Origin: Rubricoccaceae bacterium
GTDB lineage: Bacteria > Bacteroidota > Rhodothermia > Rhodothermales > Rubricoccaceae
Length of the DNA: 64,000 bases
NCBI GenBank assembly: GCA_963789285.1
Contig: CAWBJZ010000002.1
Coordinates: 422,322-486,321 of the forward strand
Direction: 5' to 3'
The position numbers and the translations under genes are program-made. Shown piece by piece: positions 22,410-32,862 of the stretch (the first letter of the stretch is position 1; the number at the start of each line of letters is the position of its first letter). The notes beneath the pieces were generated by a model. The model was not told the DNA's origin and made no database searches. It worked only from the letters and a program-made list of their open reading frames with translations.

Positions 22410-22733
22410 ATGCCGAGCCGTCCCCCCCTCGCCGAGACCCTGCCCTACGCGACCGACTTCGTGCTAGAGATCCTGGCCGCGGCCTCGCGCGCGCCGTTCG
22501 GCCACTTGTCCTGGGTCGAGATCAACCGGATCGCGGCGCGCTGGCTGCGCCCTGAGGCCGGCGACGCCGCAGGCGACACGACCCGGCTGGGCCACGCCGT
22601 CGTGATCGAGATGTCGGCGCACGGCCTGCTCGACGTCGAGCTGACGACGGCCGCCGACGGGCACCTGATGGTGCAGCGCGTGGCGCACCCCCGGTTCTTC
22701 GGCATCGAGGCCGCCCGAGCGCTGGCGGCCTAG
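22410..22733 (+). CDS. Hypothetical protein
   Basis: Genome-typical codon usage ORF starting at MPSRPPLAE. Confidence 0.55.
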   Translation: MPSRPPLAETLPYATDFVLEILAAASRAPFGHLSWVEINRIAARWLRPEAGDAAGDTTRLGHAVVIEMSAHGLLDVELTTAADGHLMVQRVAHPRFFGIEAARALAA

Positions 22734-23359
22734 CTCCGCGCTAGCGTTGCGGCTGGGCAGCCGGGCCGGACGCGCGCCAACCCGGCGAGTCCGCGGACCC
22801 CGCTGAACCACACCTCACGCGCCAGGAACGGGGCCTGCGTCCGCCAGCTCTGGTAGCGCGTGGACGGGGTGGCGGCGGGCTCCGCGTCAAGCCCCAGTTC
22901 GCGCGCCATCCCTACGGCTCGGCGGAGGTGCAGCGGATCGCTCACGACGAGGACGCGAGCGCCCGGATCAAGGTGGGGCCGGACGCAGGCCAGGTTCTGC
23001 CACGTCGTGGTGGAGCGGTCTTCGCCGGCGAGCGCCGAGTTCGGCACCCCCGCTCGCCTGAGGTAGTCCCGGCCTACGTCGGACTCCGCGCGGACGCCTC
23101 GCTCGCGGCTCCCCCCCGTCAGCAGCACGCGGCGGACGCGCCCCTCCCGGTACAGGGCCGCCGCGTGGTCGAGCCGAGCCGCGAACACCGGCGACGGCTT
23201 GCCGTCCCAGACGGCCGCCCCTAGCACGATGGCGGCGTCGGCGCGCGCAAGAGGCGACGCGGTTGGGTAGCGAGCGATAGCGACGGCGGTCACGAGCGCC
23301 GCCAGTGCCCCGGCGGCGAGCAGGACGGCGGCGACGCGCGTCGCCACCCGTCTGCTCAC
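22730..23359 (-). CDS. YdcF/ElyC (DUF218) family protein
   Basis: AIVLGA, LTGG, EDRSTTTWQN, VSDPLHLRRA, RE motifs. Confidence 0.85.
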   Translation of the reverse strand: MSRRVATRVAAVLLAAGALAALVTAVAIARYPTASPLARADAAIVLGAAVWDGKPSPVFAARLDHAAALYREGRVRRVLLTGGSRERGVRAESDVGRDYLRRAGVPNSALAGEDRSTTTWQNLACVRPHLDPGARVLVVSDPLHLRRAVGMARELGLDAEPAATPSTRYQSWRTQAPFLAREVWFSGVRGLAGLARVRPGCPAATLARS

Positions 23360-23577
23360 TCCTGGAATGGCTCGTCGCTCTCCTCGACGATCCGGGCCGT
23401 CACGATGTTGGGGTCGAGCTCGCGGTCGAACGCTTGCTTGGCCTCAACGGTGACGGAGGCCGCGCGGTCGAGCCCTTTGTCGATCAGCTTCGCCGCCACC
23501 TTGACGGCGCCCGTGCCGACCAGTCCGACGCGGCCCAGCCAGCCCGCCCGCTCATATCGCTCCAGCCAGTTGCTCAC
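23356..23577 (-). CDS. Small hypothetical protein
   Basis: Compact ORF overlapping both neighbours by 4 nt. Confidence 0.6.
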   Translation of the reverse strand: MSNWLERYERAGWLGRVGLVGTGAVKVAAKLIDKGLDRAASVTVEAKQAFDRELDPNIVTARIVEESDEPFQE

Positions 23578-23951
23578 GACTCGTCGTCGGCGGGCGGGCG
23601 GCGCTTGGGCTTGCCAGCCGTCTTGGACGGCGAGTCGCCAGACTCCTTATCGGGGCGCGAAGCCGTCTTCTTGAGGTCGGCGGGGGTGGCCGGCATCGGC
23701 GGCGGCTCCGGACTGGCGGTGGGCGTGGGCGCCGGTCGCGGGGTCGATCGCGGCGGGGGCGTCCGGAACCAGGCGTCGATGTTGAGGTCGTCCACGACGG
23801 CGGCGGCGCGGCGGCCGGTCTCGGCGAGCGCCTGGCCCAAGGTCGCGAACGTGGCTTCCAGCACGAAGGCCGCTTTCTCGGAGGTGCCGAGGTCCGAGAA
23901 CGCGTCGCGGACGCTGTCGAACGGGTCGGGACGGGATCGGGGGGGCGTCAT
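23574..23951 (-). CDS. Hypothetical protein with Pro/Lys-rich tail
   Basis: ORF in a three-gene overlapping operon. Confidence 0.55.
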   Translation of the reverse strand: MTPPRSRPDPFDSVRDAFSDLGTSEKAAFVLEATFATLGQALAETGRRAAAVVDDLNIDAWFRTPPPRSTPRPAPTPTASPEPPPMPATPADLKKTASRPDKESGDSPSKTAGKPKRRPPADDES

Positions 23952-24026
23952 AGGATCGGGGGCAGCAGGGGAACGGAGCCTGGTTGTGCTGCCCGCGTTG
24001 GACGAGACCCCTCCCCCAGAGTTTCA

Positions 24027-25070
24027 GTGACCGACCCCGAGAGCTTGCCCGAGACCCGCACGACCACCGGCCTGGTGGTCCGCTCGACGGGCAGCTGGTA
24101 CGACATCCGGACCGACGACGGCGACGACGTCCGCGCCCGCATCCTGGGCAAGTTCCGGCTGGAGGCCATCGAGATCGACGAGACCAACCCCCTGGCCGTG
24201 GGCGACCGCGTCACGGTCCGCATCGACCCCGACGGCATCGGGATGGTGACCGGCATCACCCCGCGCGAGAACCAGCTTAGCCGGCGCGCGAGCGGGCGCC
24301 GCGGCGGCGTGCGTGAGCACGTCATCGTGACCAACGTCGACCGCGCGTGGTGCGTCCAGGCCACGTTCGGCCCCAAGGTCAACCCCGGCTTCGTGGACCG
24401 TTTCCTGGTCGCCGCCGAGACCCGGCACATCCCCGCCGGCCTGATCATCAACAAGGCCGACCTCTTGGAGGACCAGCCGCGCGCCCAGGACGCCGTCGCG
24501 TTCTGGCGCGAGCTGTACGAGGGCCTGGGCTACCCCGTCTTGGTCACCAGCGCCACGGCCGGGCTGGGGATCGACACCTTCCGCGCGGCGCTGGCGGGCA
24601 AGGTGAGCGTGGTCGCCGGGCCGTCCGGTGTGGGCAAGTCGAGCCTGCTCAACGCCGTCGAGCCTGGGCTGGGGTTGCGCACGTCGGAGATCGGCGAGAA
24701 GAACCAGAAGGGGCGCCACACGACCACGTTCTCGACCCTCTTCCCCGCCGCCGGCGGCTGGGTGGCCGACACGCCCGGGATGCGGGAGTTCGGGATCTGG
24801 GATCTCGGCCCGCAGGAGCTCGGCGGCTACTACGTCGAGTTCCGCCCCTACCTCCCCGACTGCCGGTTCCCCGACTGCACGCATGTCCACGAGCCCGGCT
24901 GCGCCGTCCAGGACGCCGTCGACGACGGCGCGATCACGCCCGAGCGCTACGGCAGCTACATCGCGCTGCTGGAGTCGGTCGAGGAGGCGCACACCGAGGA
25001 GACGCGGATGCGCTGGCGCAAGGAGCGCCGCCCCGACGACCCGGACGAGCCCGTCGAAGAGATCGAGTAG
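24027..25070 (+). CDS. rsgA: Ribosome small subunit-dependent GTPase A
   Basis: NKAD, GPSGVGKSS, GRHTTT, DTPG, CRFPDCTHVHEPGC. Confidence 0.95.
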   Translation: MTDPESLPETRTTTGLVVRSTGSWYDIRTDDGDDVRARILGKFRLEAIEIDETNPLAVGDRVTVRIDPDGIGMVTGITPRENQLSRRASGRRGGVREHVIVTNVDRAWCVQATFGPKVNPGFVDRFLVAAETRHIPAGLIINKADLLEDQPRAQDAVAFWRELYEGLGYPVLVTSATAGLGIDTFRAALAGKVSVVAGPSGVGKSSLLNAVEPGLGLRTSEIGEKNQKGRHTTTFSTLFPAAGGWVADTPGMREFGIWDLGPQELGGYYVEFRPYLPDCRFPDCTHVHEPGCAVQDAVDDGAITPERYGSYIALLESVEEAHTEETRMRWRKERRPDDPDEPVEEIE

Positions 25071-25115
25071 CCGTCCCGACTGGCGGCCGGCGCCCGCCAG
25101 TGCCGCGCGGATGGG

Positions 25116-26225
25116 CTAAAACGCTGACGTGAAGCTCGCCGCGAACCACCGCGACGGCGTCGCCCGGGTCAGCGCGTCGCGGACGGCGCCCGAGCGCCCC
25201 CCGCGCTGCCCGACCCAGGCTGCGAATCGGGACCGCGCCATGACCGGGACGGTCCGGCGCCGCTGCTCGCGCGCGAACTTCTGCAACGCCGACTCGGCGG
25301 AGCCTGACTCCGTTAGGCACCGCGCCAGGCTGGCGGCGTCCCCGAGCGCTTGGCTGCTGCCCTGCCCCAGGTCCGGCGGCATTCCGTGCGCGGCGTCGCC
25401 TACCAGCACGACCCGGCCCCGAACCCTCGGCCCCCGCACAGCACGGTCGTAGACGTCGTGGCGCCAGACCGGCCCCGACCGGCGGACGGTCTCGGCGACG
25501 GCGGGGTGCCAGTCGCGGACGACGTTAAGCGCTTGGCCGCGCTCGTCGTCGCACCGCTGACCAGCGGGTCGGTCCGCGCAGACGTACCAGTACGCTTGAT
25601 CCTCTCCCAGCCCGAAGAGCCCGAACCGCTCGGCGTCACCCCACACCTCGCAGGCATCCGCCGCCGGCCAGCCCGCCGGCGCCGGGCCGATGCCGCGCCA
25701 GACCGTGTAGCCGCGGTAGCCCACCGCTACCGACCCGAAGACGGCGTCCCGGACGCGAGACCGCAGCCCGTCGGCCGCGACGACGAGCTCCGCTTCGACC
25801 TCGGATCCGTTCGCGAACGACAGCGCGACCGACTGGCGGCGCGGCTCGACGTGGGTTAGCTCGCGTCCGAGCCGGATTGCGTCTGGGCCCACGGCGTCCG
25901 CCAGCGCGGCGAGAAGGTCGGGGCGGCGGACGCACAGCGACGGGGCGTCCGGCCGAGACGTGTCGAGGAAGGCCAGCCGTCTGCCGTCGGATCGTAGGAT
26001 CTCGACCGACTCCGCGGCGCCCGCCCTACTGCGGACGGCGTCGAGAACACCCAAGTCACGCAGCACGCGTGTGCCGTTGGGCCACAATGAGATGCCCGCC
26101 CCCACCTCATGTAGCTCGGGCGCCCGCTCGTAGACCGTCGCCGCCACGCCCCGCTGGCGAAGCGCGAGGGCGGTCGCCAGTCCAGCGATCCCGCCCCCGA
26201 CGATGGCGACACGGCTGGGCGCCAC
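25116..26225 (-). CDS. FAD-dependent monooxygenase
   Basis: GGGIAGL, ADGLRS, VGDAAH...GQG. Confidence 0.85.
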   Translation of the reverse strand: MAPSRVAIVGGGIAGLATALALRQRGVAATVYERAPELHEVGAGISLWPNGTRVLRDLGVLDAVRSRAGAAESVEILRSDGRRLAFLDTSRPDAPSLCVRRPDLLAALADAVGPDAIRLGRELTHVEPRRQSVALSFANGSEVEAELVVAADGLRSRVRDAVFGSVAVGYRGYTVWRGIGPAPAGWPAADACEVWGDAERFGLFGLGEDQAYWYVCADRPAGQRCDDERGQALNVVRDWHPAVAETVRRSGPVWRHDVYDRAVRGPRVRGRVVLVGDAAHGMPPDLGQGSSQALGDAASLARCLTESGSAESALQKFAREQRRRTVPVMARSRFAAWVGQRGGRSGAVRDALTRATPSRWFAASFTSAF

Positions 26226-26227
26226 GG

Positions 26228-28834
26228 CTAGCTCGCCTTTTTACGCGGCGCGGCCTTCTTCGCGGCGGGCTTTTTGGCCGCCGGCTTCTTCTTGGCCGCC
26301 GCGCGCTTCTTCTTGGGCTTGCCCGCCTTGGCGTCGACGAGGGCGACGGCTTCCTCCAGCGTGATCTTGTCCTTGTCCTGATCCTTGGGGATCGTCGCGT
26401 TGGTCTTGACGTGCTTGACGTACGGCCCGTAGCGGCCCTCGAACACGTCGATGGGCTTGCCCGAGACCGGGTGCGCGCCCAGCGTGCGCAGCGGCGCGGC
26501 CTTCTGGCGCTTCTGCGCGATCAGCTCCAGCGCGCGGTCCAGTTCGACCGTCAGTACGTCGTCGTTCTCGGCCGGCTTGAGGCTGGCGAACGTCCGCTGG
26601 TGCTGGACGTAGGGGCCGTAGCGGCCGATGTTGGCCTTGATCGGCTCACCCGTCTCGGGGTGCAGACCCAGGGTGCGGGGCAGGTTGAGGAGTTGGATCG
26701 CGAGGTCGAGATCCACGTCCTCGGGCTGGGTGCCCTTGGGCAGCGAGGTCCGCTTGGGTTTCTTCTCCTCGTCGTCGCCCAGCTGGACGTAGGGACCGTA
26801 GGGGCCGGACTTGAGCAAGATCGGCATCTCGGCCTCCGGGTGGATGCCCAAGGGCCGCTCCTGGTCGTTGGCGTCGATCATCGCCGCGAGGTCCGCCTCC
26901 AGCACGTCGGCCGGCGCCGTCTCGGGCGCGATGGACGACGTCTGGCCGTCCGGCCCGGCGACGTAGGGGCCGTAGCGCCCAACGCGGACCTCGTACTCGC
27001 CCCACTTCTCGTGCCGCATCGTCGAGATCTCCCTGGGGTCGATGGACTCGACTCCCTCCTCGATCCGCTTCTCCAGACCTTCTGGCCCGTTAAAGAATGA
27101 CTCGAGGTACGGGACCCGATCCTCGGTTCCGCCAGCGATCTCGTCGAGCTGCTGCTCCATCTTGGCCGTGAAGTCGGTGTTCACCAGCCGCTCGAAGTTC
27201 TTGGCCAGCAGGTTGGTGACGGCCATGCCCGTGAACGTCGGCACGAGTTGGTTCTTCTCACGCATCACGTAGCCGCGGCGGACGACGGTGTCGATGATCG
27301 AGGCATAGGTCGAGGGCCGGCCGACGCCTGCTTTTTCCAGCGCCTGCACGAGTGAGGCGTCGGTGTACCGCGCCGGCGGCTTGGTCTCGTGGCCGACGGC
27401 GTCGACCGCCTTGCAGCCCGGCGTGTCGCCCTCCGCCAGCGCGGGCAGCGGGCTGTCGCGGTCGTCGAGCGCGGCCGACGGGTCGTCCTTGCCCTCGACG
27501 TAGGCCCTAAAGAAGCCGGGGAACTCGATGACTTGGCCGTTGGAGCGGAACGTCGACTCGTCGTCGGTGCCTTCTGCGGCCAGGATGGTGGCGGCGGTGC
27601 GAAGCAACCGAGCCTGAGCCATCTGGGACGCGACGGTCCGCTTCCAGATGAGGTCGTACAGCTTAGCCTCGTCGCCCGAGAGCCCGATCTCGGACTTCGT
27701 CCGCATCTGGGTGCCGGCCGGGCGGATGGCCTCGTGCGCCTCCTGCGCGTTGCGGACCTTGCCCGAGTACTGGCGGGGCTTGGGCGCTAGGTACTCCCTC
27801 CCGTAGCGGGACTCGACGGCGGCGCGAGCGGCGCCGATGGCCTCCTGGGACAGCGTCGGCGAGTCGGTCCGCATGTAGGTGATGTGGCCCTGCTCGTAGA
27901 GCTTCTGGGCCGTCTGCATCGTCCGCCGGGCGCTCATCCCGATCTTGCGGTTGGCCTCCTGCTGCAGCGTCGACGTGATGAACGGGGCCGCGGGCGAGCG
28001 CTTGGCCTTCTTCTGCTCGACCTGCGCCACGCGCCACGTCGCGTCCTTGAGCCGCCCCGCCAGCGCGGTCGCGGCGTCCTCGCCCAGCACCAACGCGTCG
28101 CTCTTGTCCTTGAGCTTGCCCGTCTTCTCGTCGAAGTCCTTGCCCGTCGCCAGCCGCTGGTCGCCCAGGTGCGTCATCTTGGAGTCGAAGGCGACGCCGG
28201 CCTGCTCCAGCCGCGCCGCCAGGTCGAAGTAGCTGGCGCTGATAAAGTCCAGCCGCTCCCACTCGCGCTCGACCAGCACCCGGACCGCGACCGACTGGAC
28301 GCGGCCGGCGGACAACTTGGGCGCGATCTTTTTCCACAGCACCGGCGAGACCGAGTAGCCCACCAGCCGGTCGAGCACGCGCCGCGCCTCCTGGGCGTCG
28401 ACCAGCCGGGTGTCGAGCTCGCGCGTGTCGTCGAGCGCCTTGAGGATGGCCTCCTTGGTGATCTCGTGGAACACCATCCGCTTGACGGGGACCGTGGGCG
28501 CCAGCACCTGCAGCAGGTGCCAGCCGATGGACTCGCCCTCGCGGTCCTCGTCCGTCGCGAGGTACAGCTCGTCGGCGTTCTTGAGCGCGTCTTTGAGCTG
28601 CTTGACGACCTTCTTCTTGTCCGCCGGGATGACGTACAACGGCGTGAAGCCGTCGGCGACGTTGACGCCCAGCCGGGCCCACTTCTCCTTCTTGACCTTG
28701 GCCGGGATCTCGGCCGCCGACGACGGGAGGTCGCGGACGTGGCCCATGGACGCCTCGACCTGGTAGCCCGCCGGCAAGAACTTGCGGATGGTGCGGGCTT
28801 TCGTGGGGGACTCGACGACGACGAGGCGCTTCAT
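26228..28834 (-). CDS. topA: Type IA DNA topoisomerase I with C-terminal repeats and Lys/Ala-rich tail
   Basis: VVESPTKA, ATDEDREGE, SAGRVQS, ITYMRTDS, GRYGPYV repeats. Confidence 0.97.
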   Translation of the reverse strand: MKRLVVVESPTKARTIRKFLPAGYQVEASMGHVRDLPSSAAEIPAKVKKEKWARLGVNVADGFTPLYVIPADKKKVVKQLKDALKNADELYLATDEDREGESIGWHLLQVLAPTVPVKRMVFHEITKEAILKALDDTRELDTRLVDAQEARRVLDRLVGYSVSPVLWKKIAPKLSAGRVQSVAVRVLVEREWERLDFISASYFDLAARLEQAGVAFDSKMTHLGDQRLATGKDFDEKTGKLKDKSDALVLGEDAATALAGRLKDATWRVAQVEQKKAKRSPAAPFITSTLQQEANRKIGMSARRTMQTAQKLYEQGHITYMRTDSPTLSQEAIGAARAAVESRYGREYLAPKPRQYSGKVRNAQEAHEAIRPAGTQMRTKSEIGLSGDEAKLYDLIWKRTVASQMAQARLLRTAATILAAEGTDDESTFRSNGQVIEFPGFFRAYVEGKDDPSAALDDRDSPLPALAEGDTPGCKAVDAVGHETKPPARYTDASLVQALEKAGVGRPSTYASIIDTVVRRGYVMREKNQLVPTFTGMAVTNLLAKNFERLVNTDFTAKMEQQLDEIAGGTEDRVPYLESFFNGPEGLEKRIEEGVESIDPREISTMRHEKWGEYEVRVGRYGPYVAGPDGQTSSIAPETAPADVLEADLAAMIDANDQERPLGIHPEAEMPILLKSGPYGPYVQLGDDEEKKPKRTSLPKGTQPEDVDLDLAIQLLNLPRTLGLHPETGEPIKANIGRYGPYVQHQRTFASLKPAENDDVLTVELDRALELIAQKRQKAAPLRTLGAHPVSGKPIDVFEGRYGPYVKHVKTNATIPKDQDKDKITLEEAVALVDAKAGKPKKKRAAAKKKPAAKKPAAKKAAPRKKAS

Positions 28835-28995
28835 ACGGGTGGGGTCGGGAGGCTAGCGGGGGCGATGGCCGCCCTCCGGCACACCGCGGTAGCTACACGC
28901 CACCGTGGCGCGCCCGTTCCGTGGAGATCCCTAGACGGCCCCGGCCCGCCAGCCCCCTCCCGCCCGACTGGCGGGAGCGACGGAGCCGGCCGAGC

Positions 28996-30126
28996 CTACC
29001 CGTACGCCTCCTCGAACCGGCGCATGAAGTCGGTCAGGGCCTCGACGGACGCGGGCTCGATGGCGTTGTAGATCGAGGCCCGGATGCCGCCCGTCGAGCG
29101 GTGGGCCTTGAGCGCCAGCAGGCCCTCGGCCGCGGCGGCGTCGATGAACCGGGCCTCTAGCTCCTCGCTGGGCAGCCGGAACGTGACGTTCATCAGCGAG
29201 CGGCTGTCGGGGCGGACCGTCGGGCGGTAGAAGTCGCTGGCGTCGAGGGCGCCGTAGAGCCGGTCGGCCTTGGTGCGGTTGCGCTCCACCATGCCCGCCA
29301 GCCCGCCGTGGCGCTCGATCCAGCCCAGGACCTTGTCGATGAGGTAGACGGCGAAGACGGGCGGGGTGTTGAACAGCTTGGCCGTGTGCGTGCCGTAGTC
29401 CAGGATCGTCGGCAGGCCCTGCTGCCTGGTCTGCAGGAAGCCGTCGCGGACGAGCACGACCGTCGCCCCGGCCGGGCCGACGTTCTTCTGGGCGCCGGCG
29501 TAGATCAGCCCGTAGCGGTCGACGTCCATGGGTCGGCTCAGGAAGTCCGACGAGGCGTCGCACACGAGGGGCATGTCCACGGCGGGCTCGTCGGCGAACT
29601 GCGTCCCGTAGATCGTGTTGTTGCTCGTGTAGTGGAGGTAGGCGGCCTCCGGGTCCACCCGCCAGTCGTCCGGCTTGGGGATGTAGGTGTAGTTCGCGTC
29701 CGCGCTGCTGGCGGCGGTGGTGACCCGGGCGCCGCGGTCCCGGGCGACGATCTCGGCCTCTTCGATCGCCTTGGCGCTCCAGGTGCCGGTGTCGAGGTAG
29801 CTCGCGGCCCCGCCCGGCGCCAGAAAGTTGAGCGGGACCTGGTGGAACTGCATCGACGCGCCGCCTTGCAAGAACGTGACGTGCCAGTCGTCGCCCATCC
29901 CCAGCAGCGACTTGATCCGGCTCCCGGCGCGCTCGTGCACCTGGGAATAGGCCGGCGAGCGGTGGCTGACCTCCATCATCGACGCGCCGACGCCGGGGTA
30001 GACGGGCATCTCGTCGCGCAGCTCGTCCAGGACCTCGGTGGGCAAGGCGCCCGGCCCGGCCGAGAAGTTGTGCTGGCGCAAGCCGAGGTCGGCGAGGGGG
30101 GCGTCGGTGGCGAGCGGCGTGGGCAT
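28996..30126 (-). CDS. serC: Phosphoserine aminotransferase
   Basis: NFSAGP, EVSHRS, YAGAQKNVGPAG, NTPP, GGIRASIYNA. Confidence 0.95.
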   Translation of the reverse strand: MPTPLATDAPLADLGLRQHNFSAGPGALPTEVLDELRDEMPVYPGVGASMMEVSHRSPAYSQVHERAGSRIKSLLGMGDDWHVTFLQGGASMQFHQVPLNFLAPGGAASYLDTGTWSAKAIEEAEIVARDRGARVTTAASSADANYTYIPKPDDWRVDPEAAYLHYTSNNTIYGTQFADEPAVDMPLVCDASSDFLSRPMDVDRYGLIYAGAQKNVGPAGATVVLVRDGFLQTRQQGLPTILDYGTHTAKLFNTPPVFAVYLIDKVLGWIERHGGLAGMVERNRTKADRLYGALDASDFYRPTVRPDSRSLMNVTFRLPSEELEARFIDAAAAEGLLALKAHRSTGGIRASIYNAIEPASVEALTDFMRRFEEAYG

Positions 30127-30174
30127 GGGCGAGTCGGGAGGGGACGGGTTCTATCCCCTCTCGCGCCCCAGGTT

Positions 30175-30561
30175 CTACCCGCCGTCCGGCTCCGGGCAAT
30201 CGCGACGTCGGGTGTCCACGATCTGGACGATCCGCCAGCCGTCCTCCATGAGTGCCAGCGTGAAGGCGTTGGTGCCGCAGTGGCTGAACTGGACGCCGGC
30301 GTAGAACCGGTACGGCGTCCACGCGACCGCCAGCCCATCGTCGATCAGGACGGGGTAGCCGCCCGCCAGTTGCTCGTCGAGTTCGACGGGAGCCTGGGCG
30401 ACGGCACGTAGGAAGGCCGGGATGGGCGACTCCGTCACCCCACGCTGGCCGTCCATCTCGCCGGACGTCATCAGCCGGGCGGACGTGTGCATCGTGGACC
30501 GCACCGCCGTGGTGTCTTTGGCCCGCATCCCGTCGAACAACCGCGTGATGGTCGCGCGCAC
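30175..30561 (-). CDS. NTF2-like family protein (N-terminus uncertain)
   Basis: LAVAWTPYRFY...FSHCGTNAFTL...WRIVQIVDTRR. Confidence 0.75.
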   Translation of the reverse strand: MRATITRLFDGMRAKDTTAVRSTMHTSARLMTSGEMDGQRGVTESPIPAFLRAVAQAPVELDEQLAGGYPVLIDDGLAVAWTPYRFYAGVQFSHCGTNAFTLALMEDGWRIVQIVDTRRRDCPEPDGG

Positions 30562-30632
30562 TTGGCCGTCGGGGTCGGAGCTGGGCGCTGGCGGGGGCCG
30601 CCGCCAGTCGGGCGGGAGGAGAACGAGGCGGA

Positions 30633-31364
30633 TCAGGGCGGAGCGTCAGGGGTGGCAGGCGGGAACGGCGTCTCTCGCTGGGCGGCGTCGTTTTGGGCTC
30701 GCGCTTCGAGCTCTTCTCGAACGAACCGCTGCATCCGCTCGATGGCGGTGCGCGCGAAGCGGAGCTGGAGCCGCCGCCCGAACAGCTTGAAGCCGATCCG
30801 GTAGAACAGGTTGCCGATGCGGTCGGGCTTGGAGAAGGCGTCGATGTGAAAGCCCACGGCGCCGGTGGCCTCCATCTTGCGTACCTCGAACGTGATCTGC
30901 CCCATCTCGAAGTGACCCTCCAGCGTCGCGTAGTCGTAGCCGAATACGTGGACTGGCCCCTGGGCCGTGTCTCGCACCTCGTTGATCTCGTGCCCGACTC
31001 GGACCCCGAACCAGAACGAGAAGCCCAGGAAGCGGGCGCGGAGCAGCATCGGCCGCCCGGCCAGGTCGTCGTCGGGCGCGAAGATGCCGGTGATGAGCTT
31101 GGGGTCGGGGAAGGCGTAGTCCCGGACCAGGTCGCAGGCGATGGCCCAGGCCGCCCTGGGGTCGTCGGCGGGGAGCGGGGGCCCGGGCGGCTCGGGCGTG
31201 AGCTCGGCGTCGTGGTGGTCGAGGTGCCAGCCGTTGGCCTCGGTGTAGTCGTGGGTCTGCTCCAGGTCCAGGTTGAACCGCGCCTGGCGGAGCGCGTCCA
31301 GCCGCTCCTGGTACCTCCGCCAGTCGGGGCGGCGGGGGACGGCGCGCTGGGTCCAGGTGGTCAC
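30633..31364 (-). CDS. DUF1990 family protein
   Basis: FGYDYATLEGHFEMGQITF, FHIDAFS; GTG start overlapping the upstream stop. Confidence 0.7.
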   Translation of the reverse strand: MTTWTQRAVPRRPDWRRYQERLDALRQARFNLDLEQTHDYTEANGWHLDHHDAELTPEPPGPPLPADDPRAAWAIACDLVRDYAFPDPKLITGIFAPDDDLAGRPMLLRARFLGFSFWFGVRVGHEINEVRDTAQGPVHVFGYDYATLEGHFEMGQITFEVRKMEATGAVGFHIDAFSKPDRIGNLFYRIGFKLFGRRLQLRFARTAIERMQRFVREELEARAQNDAAQRETPFPPATPDAPP

Positions 31365-32080
31365 GCGTCCGACTGGCGCTCGTCGTCGGACTCGCGCTCG
31401 GTGAGGACCTCGACGTCCCCCATCGTGTCGCCCCCGCACGCTTGGGCGACCTGGTTGCAGAAGAACGTCCACATGGCCTGCTGGGCAGCCTTGGCGACGC
31501 CGGCGGTGTCGTAGAACCAGTCCACGGCGTGGTCGGCGCTGCGTGCCCAGGACTCGATGCGGAAGCGTAGCGCTCCCGGCGCGCTCGGGTGGTCCGACGC
31601 CTGGAAGCGGATCTGCCCGGCTTCGAGGTGCCCGTCCAGCGTCGCCAGCGTGAACCGGGTGGGCGTGGCCTCGACGACTCGGACGGGCCCGTCCCAGGGC
31701 GCCTTGATCGCGATGTGGTACTCGTCGCCGACGGCCAGCCGCCCCGGCGCCCCAACCGTCTTGTCGAAGACGGCGATCTCGTCCGGCACGAACCGCTGGA
31801 TGTCGCGGCCGATCTCGGCCACCAGGTCGGCAGGTGAGAGCGTCGAATGGGCGACGTCCACCTGGTACCGGCGGTGGAAGTGGGCGCCGACGCCGTCTTT
31901 CTCGTCTTGGACGTCGGGCTCGGGCACGTCCTTGACGGGCGGCTCGGGGACGTGCGCGACCTCGCGCTCGGTCTCGCGGACGCGGTAGCCCCAGCGGCGC
32001 CACAGCCAGACGCCCGCGGCCGCGCTGGCGGCCACGGCGGCGGGGGCGAGGACCAGGGCGCGGGTGCGGCGGCTGTTCAT
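31361..32080 (-). CDS. DUF1990-like protein with N-terminal membrane anchor
   Basis: LATLDGHLEAGQIRF...IESWARS. Confidence 0.7.
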   Translation of the reverse strand: MNSRRTRALVLAPAAVAASAAAGVWLWRRWGYRVRETEREVAHVPEPPVKDVPEPDVQDEKDGVGAHFHRRYQVDVAHSTLSPADLVAEIGRDIQRFVPDEIAVFDKTVGAPGRLAVGDEYHIAIKAPWDGPVRVVEATPTRFTLATLDGHLEAGQIRFQASDHPSAPGALRFRIESWARSADHAVDWFYDTAGVAKAAQQAMWTFFCNQVAQACGGDTMGDVEVLTERESDDERQSDA

Positions 32081-32112
32081 GCCGGATGCTACGCACGAGC
32101 CGTGTGGGACTC

Positions 32113-32149
32113 AACAAAAAGCCCGCCCCGGCACAATGCCGGGACGGGC
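32113..32149 (-). terminator. Intrinsic terminator of the Bax-inhibitor-family gene
   Basis: Minus strand GCCCGTCCCGGCA-TTG-TGCCGGGGCGGGC-TTTTTG. Confidence 0.8.
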
Positions 32150-32169
32150 CGCCAGTCGAGCGGGCCGAG

Positions 32170-32862
32170 CTAGTCGCGGCTCATGAAGATGGTCAGGACG
32201 TACCAGAACATCAGCGCGACCGACGCGAACAGCTCGAGCGAGGCCGAGACGTAGCGGTCCTGGGGGTACTCGCGCAGGATGCGCGACGTCGTCCACAGGA
32301 TGGATGCGCCGGCCAGGCCCACCATCGCGACGGCGAACCACAGGCCGAGGTTGAACCCGAACAGCACGCCGCCGACGATGGCGATGATGGCCAGGATGCC
32401 GGCCCACTTGATGAACGTGCCCAGGAACGAGAAGTCCTTGCCCGAGAAGAACGCGATGGCCGTCAGCGCCGAGAACCCGACGACGGTCACCCAGGCGGCG
32501 TTGCCGATGGCGCCGGGCGCGTAGAGGTTCGCCATCCAGAGCAGCGGGACGAAGATGATCGACTCGGCCAAGACGTAGCCGAAGAGCGCGGCGTACTGCT
32601 TGCCCTTGGTCTCAGCCGTAGCGGCTACACGACTGGCGATGGTGCCGGCAATGACGAAGCCGCCCAAAACCACCAGCCAGCCGCCGGGGGCGTTGAGCAA
32701 CGCGGGCGCGATTGAGTTCGCCAGTCCGGTCGAGAAGAAAAAGATCTCGATGGCGGCGAACAGCAGGATCGCACCCAGGAGGTGCGTGTACGTACGCGTC
32801 AGGAACGCGGCTTGGGCGTCGTCGCCCAGCACGGCAACGGGGGTGCGGTAAGCGGTTTCCAT
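32170..32862 (-). CDS. Bax inhibitor-1/YccA family membrane protein
   Basis: FLTRTYTHL, KDFSFL, about seven TM helices. Confidence 0.85.
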   Translation of the reverse strand: METAYRTPVAVLGDDAQAAFLTRTYTHLLGAILLFAAIEIFFFSTGLANSIAPALLNAPGGWLVVLGGFVIAGTIASRVAATAETKGKQYAALFGYVLAESIIFVPLLWMANLYAPGAIGNAAWVTVVGFSALTAIAFFSGKDFSFLGTFIKWAGILAIIAIVGGVLFGFNLGLWFAVAMVGLAGASILWTTSRILREYPQDRYVSASLELFASVALMFWYVLTIFMSRD

